A stretch of 57,023 bases of DNA, filler included, from Squatina squatina (Eukaryota): NCBI GenBank assembly GCA_031763465.1. It is 3 parts of 3 records of this genome, joined end to end, with 100 filler letters (N's around TTAATTAATTAA, not from the genome) between each part and the next. Parts side by side here need not be neighbours in the genome. Positions count along the whole stretch, not along the records: positions 38,907 to 57,023 come from JARFOE010000149.1; 2 more parts are not named here. The stretch is one strand, 5' to 3'. The notes beneath the pieces are model-generated. The model worked only from the letters and a program-made list of their open reading frames with translations, was not told where the DNA came from and did no database searches. The translations under genes were made by a program, and so were the position numbers. Positions 47,556-57,023 of this stretch are shown here, piece after piece. Position 1 is the stretch's first letter; each line of letters opens with the position of its first letter.

Positions 47556-48519
47556 CTGTATGAGAAAAAAAAGAAAGGCAAACATTCTGATAAACTGTAA
47601 TTATCGTGGCTATGAAACATGCTCTACACTTCAANNNNNNNNNNATGAATTGCAAGAGAGCAGCAACAATCATCTACAAAATGATGGCAGAAAGATCAGA
47701 GACCTACCTTAAGCATGTCCTGATCACACATTTTCACTCAAGCCAATTATCATTCTCGACAATAAATTTATACAAAGCTATCTGATTCACTGGTTATCAA
47801 AACTTATTAAGTTGAACCCCAGTTAACATTTTCAGCCTCTCATACTCGACCAGCCAAGGAAACAGGTAGTTCCAAATCTACAAAAAAAATACATCCCACA
47901 CTCTTCACCACCTCCACTACCAGTTCCATTACCCTTTCAGTCACTTTTGTCTCTTCAGTTCTCTGCCACTGTTCCTATGCCTCCTCTGTCTGACCTCCTT
48001 CCACCACCACCCCACACCAATCTCTCCTCTTCTCCTCCACTTCTGTTCCTCCTCCTCCTCCACTTCCAGTTTTGTCTCTTTCCTATAAAACCAAAGACGT
48101 TTACAGCATAGGAGGCGGTCATTGGGCCCACTGCATCAGGCCAACCTTTTGTTAGAGCAATCCAAAATGAATATCTCTGCCTTCTCTCTGTATCTGACTC
48201 TCATTCAAATTTTCATCGATTCTACCCTCAAAAGAATCAATAGTCTCTGTCTCAATGTCTGTGGTGTAACATTCCATGCAGTGACAACTTTGCATAAAGA
48301 CATTTCTCCGAACCTCTGTACTGGCTATTGTAAATTAATGACGGCTCATCACTGACTCCCCAGCCAACAGAAATAATCTTTCCTTTTTCATCTTAACACA
48401 ACCCTTCATAATTTCAAAANNNNNNNNNNNNNNNNNNNNNNNNNNNNNNNNNNNNNNNNNNNNNNNNNNNNNNNNNNNNNNNNNNNNNNNNNNNNNNNNN
48501 NNNNNNNNNNNNNNNNNNN

Positions 48520-50460
48520 AGACTCACCCATGAGAGGAAACATCCTCTCAGTATTTACCCTGTCCAGCCCCCTAAGAATCTTATATGCTTCAATAAAATC
48601 TCCTCTCATTCTTCTAAATTCCAATGAGTAGAGTCCCAACCTGATCAACCTTTCCTCATAGGCGAATCCCTCCAGACCCGGAATCATCCTAGTAAACCTT
48701 CCCTTAACCGCCTCCAATGCATTTATATCCTTCCTTAAATACGGGGACCAAAACTGCTCACAGTACTCCAGATACGGTCTCACTAGTGCCTTGTATAGTT
48801 GCAGCAAGACTTCCTTACCTTTATTCTATAACCCCCTTGAAATAAAGGCCAACATTCCATTAGCCTTCCTTATTACCAGCTGCTGTCCTTCCCAGCTATT
48901 GAATACCCCTGGAAGTTCATTTTCCACCCTTGGTCAATCTGTAGCCATGTCTCCATAATCCCAATTTTACATCACACCCGTTTACATCTATTTGCTTGTT
49001 TAATTCATCCAACTTATTGTGAATGCTCCGCACATTAACACACGAAGACTTTAGGCTTGCCTTTTTTAACATTCTTAGTCCCCTTAGCATTATTTTGTAC
49101 TGTGGCCCTGTTTGTTTTTCGCCCCTGATTACACTGCCTTCCACTTTTGCTTTTCCCCTTCATGTCTTTTGTTTCTATCCTTGTTTTCCCTTCCTCTGTC
49201 TCCCTGCATAGGTTTCCATCCCCCTGCCATTTTAGTTTAAACCCTCCCCAACAGCACTAGCAAACACCTCCCCCAGGACATCGGTCCTGGTCCTGCCCTG
49301 GTGCAACCCGTCCAGCTTGGACTGGTCCCACCACCCCCAGAAACGGTTCCAATGTCCCAGGAATTTGAAACCTTCCCCTTTGCACCATTGTTCTGGCCAC
49401 GTATTCATCTGATGTATCCTGCTATTTCTACTCTGACCAGCACATGGCACTGGTAGTAATCCTGAGATTACTACCTTTGAGGTCCTATTTTTTAATTTAC
49501 TTCCTAACTCCCCATACTCAGCTTGTAGGACTTCATCCTTTTTTTTAACCTATATCGTTGGTACTGTTGTGAACTCACTGTTTACGCTCTGCGTCCAGAA
49601 TGCCCTGCAGCCACTCTAAGACATCCTTGACTCTCGCAACAGTGAGGCAACATTCCACCCTGGAGTCTCATTTGCGACCGCAGAAACTCCTATCTGTTCC
49701 CCATACAATTGAATCCCCAATCACTATAGCCCTTCCAATGTTTTTCCTCCCTTCCTGTGCAGCAGAGCAACTTGTGGTGCCACGAACTTGGCTGCTGCTG
49801 CCTTTGCCTGATAAGCCATCTCCCCCAACAATATCCAAAGTGGTATATCTGTTGCAGAGAAGGATGGCCACAGGGAACTCCTGCACTACCTGCCATCTTC
49901 TACTCTGTCTGGTGGTCACCCATCCCTTCCTGCCTGTACACTCTTAACCTCTGGTGTGAGGACATCACTAAACTTGAAATCCACATACACCTCAGCATCA
50001 TGGATCCATCTGCAGCTCTAGCACCGCAATGCGGTCTGCAAGTAGCTGCAGCTGGATAAATTTCCTGCACACATGTTCACCAATGGAGTATCCCTAATTT
50101 CTCCCATACCGCAAGAGGTGCATGGCACGGGTCTGGACTGTCCTGCTATAAATTACCCTTTAATTATGTTAAATTAAATTAAATCATAGCTTACTAATTA
50201 AACTAGGGCCTTATTTTACTCTCAACACTCCCCCACACAAATCTAAATATAGCACAATATAGACCTTACAAACTCTGAACATAATAAACCATAAACCTTA
50301 ACTCTTCAGCTACAGAGCAGTATAAATACTAACTTGACCGTACGCACCCAATCAGCTGCTTACTCTTGCCCGCGTCACTTTTTGAATTGTGACGTGCCTC
50401 TGGAACTCCACCTGGACTGATGCTGGGCCTCGCTGCTGCTTCTGTTTTAAGCTCCCAGAG
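48520..50460 (-). mobile_element. CR1 LINE: ORF2 C-terminus joined to EN N-terminus, ORF1 (SGNH esterase) and 5' UTR
   Basis: LYKALVRPYLEYCEQFWSP (48520-48880), an abrupt jump to NVRSIHNKLDEL, then ORF1 motifs AIVIGDSIV, FKFLGHW and DGLH. Confidence 0.88.
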
Positions 50461-50479
50461 GGGAGAGGGAAGAACAAAT

Positions 50480-53400
50480 TGTAAGATCGTTGTCTGATTG
50501 TATGGAAGGCAGAAGAGATTAAGAGATGATGCAAGACAATCAGAGGTAGTAATGGCAACATTACGAAGCACATTACATCTCGATAGGGTGTAAATGGGGG
50601 AAGAAAAACAGCAACAGCCAGGAGAGGGAAACGAAAATAGACCTGATTAAAATGGTGAAAAGAAAAAAATGATAGGACAGAGATTATGTTCTGAAATTGT
50701 TGAACTCAACGTTAAGTCCAGAAGACTGCAAAATGCCTCATCAAAAGTTAAGATGTTCTTCCTTGAGCTTGTGTTGAGTTTCATTGGAGCACTGTAACAG
50801 GCCAAAGACAGAGAGGTCAGTATGGGAATGTAGTGGAGAATTAAATGACAAGTGACCGGAGGTTCAGGATCAGGCTGAACTGAATGAAGGTGTTCTGCAA
50901 AGCAGTCACCCAATCTATGTTTGGTCTCCCCTATGTAGAGGAGACCACATCGTGAGCAGCAAATAGATTATACAAAATTGAAAGAAGTACAAGTAAATCA
51001 TTGTCTCACGTGGAATGAGTGTTTGGGGCCCTGGACAGTGGGAAGGGAGGACTTAAAAAGGCAGGTGTAGCATCTCCTGTGCTTGCCATGGGAAGGGGAA
51101 TGGGAGCTGGGGCTGATGGAGGTGTGGACCAGGGTGTCACGGAGGGAGCGGTCTCTTCGGAATTCTGAAAGGTGAGGGGAGGGAAAGCTGTGTTTGGTAG
51201 TGGGATCAAGATGGAGGTGGCAGTAATGGCGGAGGATTATCCGTTGAACATGGAGGCTGCTGGGGTGAAAGGTGAGCACAAGGGGAACCCTATCATGGTT
51301 CAGGGAGGGAGGAGAAGGGGTGAGGATAGAGGTGCGGGAAATGGAATAGACATGGTTGAGGGCCATGTCCACCATGGGAAAGGGGAATCCTCGGTAGAGG
51401 AAAAAGGAAGACATGGCAGAAGCGCTGGTTTGGAAGGTGGCAGCATCAGAACAGAGGAAGCGGAGACAGAGGAACTGGGAGAATGGAATTGAGTTTTAAC
51501 AGAAAGCAGGGGGGAGGAAGTCTACTCCAGGTAGCTGTGGGAGTCAGTGGGCTTATAGTAGATCTTTGTGAGAAGTCTACTCCCAAAATGGAGTCAGAGA
51601 AGTCAAGGAATGGAAGGGAAGAGTCAGAGATGGAATATGTGAAGGTGAGTGAAGAGTGGAAATTGGAGGCAAAGTGAATGAAATTTTCTAGTTCAGGGCG
51701 AGAGTAGGAAACGGCACCAGTACAGTCATCAATGTACCGGAAAAGAGGTTGGGGAGGTGCCTGAGTAGGACTGGAACAACGAATGTTCCACATTTCCACG
51801 AAAAGGAAGGCATAGCTCGGACCCATGCGGGTGCCCATCGCAACACTTTTAATTTGGAGGATGTGAGTGGAGTCAAAGGAGAAGTTGTTCAATGTGAGAA
51901 CAAGTTCAGCCAGGTGGAGGAGGGTGGTGGTGGATGGGAACTGGTTGGGTCTCTGTTCAAGGAAGGAGCAGAGCGCCCTCAGGCCATCCTGGTGGGGGAT
52001 GGAAGTGTAGTGGGATTGTACATCTGTCGTGAAGAGGAGACGGTTGGGACCAGGAAATTGGAAACTGTTAAAGTGGCAGAGGGCATCAGAAGAGTCATGG
52101 ATGTAGGTGGGACGAAACTGAACAAGGGGAGAAAAAATGGAGTCGAGATAGGAGGAAATCAGTTCAGTAGGGCAAGAACAGGCTGAAACAATGGGTCTAC
52201 TGGGGCATCCCTGTTTGTGGCTCTTGGGAAGGAGGTAGATGCGGGCTGTGTGGGGTTGGGGAACTATGAGGTTGGCGGCCGTGGAGGGAAGCTTTCCAGA
52301 GGAGATAATGTCCGTGATGGTCTGGGAGATGGTGGCTTGATGTTTGGTAGTGGGGTCATGTTCCAGGGGGGAATAGGTGGAGGTGTCAGGTCGTTGGCAT
52401 TCGGGCTCTGCAAGGTAGATGCCAGTGCAACAAACAACAACAGCACCACCCTTGTCGACAGGTTTGATGAAAATATTGGGGTTGGATCTGAGAGAGCGGA
52501 GTGCTGCGAGTTTAGAGGGTGATCGGTTAGAGTGGGTGAGGGAGCGGAGAAATTAAGACGGCTGATGTCACGTCGACAGTTGGCAAGGAAAAGATCTCGA
52601 GAGTGTAAGAAGCCAGAGGGAGGGATCCAGGTCGAACAAGAAATCTGAAGACGGGAGAAAGGGTCAGCTGTGTGGGGGCAAGATTCCTGACCAAAGAAGT
52701 GGGCAGAGAGGTGGAGGCGATGGAAAAAGAGCAATGCGCTGTGCCGAGCTCGGAATTCATTGAGGTGGGGGCAAAAGTGGATGAAGCCCAGGCCTTTGCT
52801 GAGGACTGATCGTTCAGAATCAGAGAGGCTAAGGCCAGGTGGGATAGTGAAAAGACGGCAGGAGGTGAGATTGGAAGAAGGGATGGGATCCGGAGAAAGT
52901 GAAGGGGAAGAGTGTTCTGGATGGGTGTTGCTGAATCTTGCAATCCTTGACATCTGAAAGGAAAGAAAAAAGCTTTTTATTAAAGCGTTGGTTGAGGCGA
53001 AGGATGAAATGAAATTGTGGACCAGGACAGCTCAGAGTTAGAGCGAGTCGGTGCTGCTGAAGAGACATATTGAGGGCTTGCATGTGGCGATGCACAGCAT
53101 TCAGTGTGGTTCTCGTGATATGGCAGGAGCAGTGGTCTGAGGAGCGCTGGATATCTCAGAGATATCTGTAATCCTGGCTGGATCCAAAACATGAAAAATG
53201 GAATTTCAGTAGGAATCCACGTGGATTAATTTGGAGCCGGAGACAGTTGCTCAGAAAAGAGATGTGGCTGTGGAAGCAAGTTTTGTTAGATACCTGATTA
53301 AACACGAGAAGAGAAACAGAAAGCAATGAAGATGAACAAGGTAGAATAGATAAATGCAAATCCTGTCTGAGGGAAGAGCAGAACTTCTTCAAGGTGGGCA

Positions 53401-53793
53401 TTCCTGGAAATCAACTGGCAGTGCATTAAACAGTAATACAGAAGTGAAATACTGCGGATGCTGGAATCTAGAATATAAACCACAAATGGTGGAAAAACTC
53501 AGCAGGTCAGGCAGCATCTGTGGAGAGAAAAACCGAGTTAAAGTTTTGGGTCGATGATCCTTCATCAGAAAAAAGCCAGAAATACAGGGAGTTTTAAAGC
53601 ACTGGTACGCAAGGAGGAGAGGGGTGGGGTGGGGTGGAGTGGGGGTGGCGGGGGGATGGTTGGAAGGAATAACAAAGGGTAACATGGTTGCGTGAAAGGC
53701 AGAAGAGATTGAGAGATGATGCAGGGCAATCAGCTGTGGTAATGGCAATATTATGAAGCACATTACATCTAGATAGGGTGTAAACAGGGGGAA
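50480..53793 (-). mobile_element. Penelope-like element, near full length but decayed, with pseudo-LTR
   Basis: SVLSKGLGF N-terminal motif; RT motifs VAMGTRMGPSYA and FRYIDD; RGFP; RVPLVLTFHP; GIY-YIG half (YIGET..GDCFAEHL); ~100-bp direct repeats at 50506-50602 and 53696-53793. Confidence 0.92.
53535..53572 (-). ncRNA. Degenerate minimal hammerhead ribozyme in the PLE pseudo-LTR
   Basis: Minus strand CTGATGA-aggatcatcgaccc-AAAA-ctttaact: the CUGAUGA core is intact, but the GAAA box and the AACGTT stem III palindrome appear mutated. Confidence 0.55.
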
Positions 53794-56128
53794 ATAAAGG
53801 CCAACATTCCATTAGCCTTCCCCATTACCTGCTGCACTTTTGTGTTAGCTTTCTGTGTTGCATGTACAAGGACACCCAAATCCCTTTCTGCTGCAGCTTT
53901 CTGCAAATTTTTTTCCATTTAAATAATACTCTGTTCTTTTGTTCTTCCTTCCAAAATGCTAACCTGAAAATGACCTCCTTATCCCTACTCGCTGTTTCCT
54001 TCCTGTTAGCCAATCCTCTATCCATGCCAATATATTATCTCCAACACCATGCACCCTTATCTTGTGACTTAACCTTTTGTAAGGTACCTTGTCGAACACC
54101 TTCTGGAAGTCCAAATACAATACATCTACTTGTTGCCCTCCATCCACTCTGTTTGAGACTTCCTCAAAAACTCGAATAAGTTTGTCAGACACGATTTTCC
54201 CTTCATGAAGCCATGCTGACTCTGCTTGATTAGATTATGATTTTCAAAATGTGCCGCTATTACTTCCTTAATAATTGATTCCAGCATTTTTCCAACGATA
54301 TATGTTAGGCTAATCAGCCTATCGTTACCCGATTTTTGCCTCTTTCCATTTTTGAATAGGGGTGTCACTTTGGCAGTTTTCCAATCCTCCAGAATCTACT
54401 GATTTTTGGAAGATTACAACCAATGCACCCACTATCGCTGTAGCCACCTGTTTCAGGATTTTATATTCCTCGCTAGTTTGCCCTCATGGTTTATTTTTTC
54501 TCTCGGTATCATTTTAGTCCTCCTTTGCGGGACCCTGAATTTACCCCAGTATTCCGGTCTAGCACTGACTTTTGCCGCCTTATATTGCCTAATACAATTT
54601 CTCCAGTGATGGTGATGGTATTTAATTCTTCCCCTGCATTACGCAGTATTAATGGGATGTTTGTAGTATCTTCTACCGTAAAAACTGATGCAAAGTATCT
54701 GTTCGACTCCTCTGCCATTTCTTTGTTCCCCATAGCTATTTCCCCAGCCTCAATTTCTAAGGGGGCTATGTTCACTTTGACCTCCCTCTTACTTTTTATA
54801 TACTTAAAGAAGCTCTTGTTGTTAGTTTTTATATTCCTCGCTGGTATGCCCTCATAGTTTATGTTCTCTCTCCTGATTATCTTTTTAGTCCTCCTTTGCT
54901 GGACCCTGAATTTACCCCAGTCTTCGGGTCTACCACTAACTTTTGCATCCTTATAGGTTTTCTCTTTCAATGTAATACCCTCCTTAACTTCCTTGTTTAG
55001 CCATGGGTGGTTCATCCCTCCCTTAGAATCTTTCCTCCTTACTGGAATATATTTTAGCTGAGAGTCATGAATTGCCTCCCTAAATATCTGCCACTGCTTG
55101 CCTACTGTTTTTCCTGAGAATCTGCCCAGTCCACTTTAGCCAACTCTATCCTCATTCTATTGTAATTCCCTTTTTTTAAGTTAAACACAGTTGTTTCCGA
55201 CCCAAGTTTCTCACTCTCAAACTGAACACAAAATTCTATCATGTTACGATCACTACTTCACAGGGTATCTTTTACTCTGAGGTCATTTATTAAACCTGCG
55301 TCATTACCCACTACCAGATCCAAGATAGCTGTTCCCTGGTTGGCTCCATAACGTATTGCTCTCGGAAACTATCCCAAATGCACTCTATGAATTCGTTCTG
55401 GCATCCACACTTTCCAACTTGATTAACCCAATCTACATGAATATTAAAGTCACCCTTAATAATTGCACTGCTCTTTTTACACGCCCTCATTATTTGTTGA
55501 TGTATCCCCTTTCCTACAGTGTGGCTAATGTTTGGGGGTCTACACACGACTCCTACCAGTGCCTTCTTTCCATTACTGTTTTTTACCTCCACCCAAATGG
55601 AATCTACATCTTCTGAGCCTAGATCATCTCTCACAACTGTACTTATTTCATCTCTTATTAACAATGCTATCCCACCACCTTTTCCTTCCCACCTGTCCTT
55701 CCCAAAAGCCAAGTACCCCCGAAATATTGAGTTCCCAGCTTTGATCTCCTTGTAACCATGTCTCCGTAATGGCTATCAGATCATACCCTTTTACTTCTGG
55801 TTTTGCCGTTAGTTCATCTACCTGATTACAAATGCTTCGTGCATTAAAATACAAAACCTTTAGGTTTGCCTTTTTGTAATTTTTAATCATAACTTTTTTT
55901 TTTCTACTGTGGTCCTATTTGCCTCTCGCCCTTGATTTCCCTGCCTTCCACTTTTGCATTCTACTGTTCTTTCTTTCATTTGTGTCCTTCGTTCTCTCTC
56001 CCTTGTCACCATGCTTAGGTTCCCAACCCCCTGCCATTCTAGTTTAACCCCATCCCCAACAGCTTTTGCAAACCCCTCCGCGAGGATATCGGTCCCAGTT
56101 CTGCCTGGGTGTAACATGTCCCGCTTGG
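53791..56128 (-). mobile_element. CR1 LINE (end of ORF1, endonuclease, RT), decayed
   Basis: LKVLYFNARSICN..YDLIAITETWL; GKGGGIALLI; VCRPPN; PWLNKEVK; SQHGFMKGKSCLTNL; YLDFQKVFDKVP. Confidence 0.93.
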
Positions 56129-56476
56129 TTAGCACTATCAAAGATCCAGTACAGGCACGATCGTCCGAATGGCCTCCTTCTCTGCTGTTTGGGTTTATAA
56201 TTCTACAATATCGACCTCTAACGCATTGCTCCTAATCCTAAAATAAATGAGAAATATCCAAAGCAGCAGAATTTTTGTATTTGAAATTGTAGTTAGGAGT
56301 TTTATTCAGTGAAATGACGCAATTCCCGTAAATTACTTTCTGAAAATAGATCTTTTGCCACCTGCTCCATTACGGTTATGTAACTGACTCAATATATGTG
56401 AACAACTAAACAAATAAGTGGCGATTTTGCCAATTTAAACTGCAATAATTTTGCTCAGTGTATTGTTAATCCTTAC

Positions 56477-56536
56477 CTTGTGCTGCGGCTCCTGATTCTT
56501 GTTCCAGAAATTCTGGGTAAGTAAGCGTTGTGGGTG
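56477..56536 (-). CDS. Candidate 60-nt exon, unidentified gene
   Basis: ttgttcattaacctgcag| and aag|gtaagg; open as PTTLTYPEFLEQESGAAAQ (phase 1) or HPQRLLTQNFWNKNQEPQHK (phase 0). Confidence 0.5.
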
Positions 56537-56799
56537 CTGCAGGTTAATGAACAAACCTTGGGTAATGAGCAATTACACATCATAGATATAAACACAACCT
56601 TCAACCTGATCAGCAGGATTCCTCCCCGCCCTGTTCCCTGGTGTCGGGCTTGAGCTGAATTGCCCCCGGTTTTATTCGGATTGAATTGTACTGATGAATC
56701 TTTTACGCAAAGTCATCACTCGTAGTTGCGGGAACAATGACTAAATTTCCTCCCAGCTCTTCCATCTGCAGTTCAAATGACGTCACAGAGAGACTGAAT

Positions 56800-57023
56800 T
56801 ACTCTTTTGGAGTAAAAACAGGTGTTAAACATTAAACAATAAACAAATCAAACTAAATACAACAGTAATTTAAACAACAAACCCCGGTGATCAAATTAAA
56901 ATCCCATCGTCCCCGGTGAGGATGCACTCCAGTCCCCCCGGCGCCAACCGGTCGCGGAAGGCCGCGAGCGTGCCGGCGGACACCGCGTGCTCCCTCTCCA
57001 GGGACACCCGGGCGCGAACGTAG
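56800..57023 (-). mobile_element. Tx1/L1-clade LINE 3' end
   Basis: Minus frame YVRARVSLEREHAVSAGTLAAFRDRLAPGGLECILTGDDGILI* (stop at 56891-56893), very CpG-rich, followed by a T-rich 3' UTR ending ccaaaagag. Confidence 0.7.

Noticed and set aside
47221-47560. Possible ZRS-like enhancer near LMBR1L
   Set aside because: Lies beyond the later LMBR1L exon rather than in intron 5, is better explained by a minus-strand exon, and no alignment could be run.
1-57023. A novel multi-gene system linking the lipid-related genes MLYCD, NMT1, PLCD3 and LMBR1L
   Set aside because: They lie in three blocks joined by artificial linkers, so their proximity is an assembly product.

Overview
Eukaryotic, repeat-rich, heavily gapped vertebrate sequence. 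The repeat content (CR1, L2, RTE, Penelope-like and Tx1 LINEs, Deu-domain SacSINE1-like SINEs) points to a cartilaginous fish (shark-like); this is an inference. The window is not one locus. Two artificial N44-TTAATTAATTAA-N44 linkers (17706-17717, 38851-38862) split it into three blocks, each made of short contigs joined mostly by 100-N gaps. Block 1 holds two exons of malonyl-CoA decarboxylase MLYCD (- strand, ending in PTS1 SKL). Block 2 holds exon fragments of NMT1 (-), PLCD3 (+) and the last exon of DDX42 (-), plus a decayed retroviral/LTR gag-like region and two minisatellites. Block 3 holds two LMBR1L exons (+), a stack of CR1 elements, a near full-length decayed Penelope-like element with a degenerate hammerhead core, and the end of a Tx1 element. 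Gene calls come from recalled protein sequences plus splice signals, not from a database search; repeat boundaries are approximate. I found no convincing evidence of a new multi-gene system. The best leads are two minor-spliceosome (U12) intron signatures, a minisatellite that tandemly copies a PLCD3 splice donor, a gag-like ORF with an in-frame stop, and several well-formed exons I could not identify.
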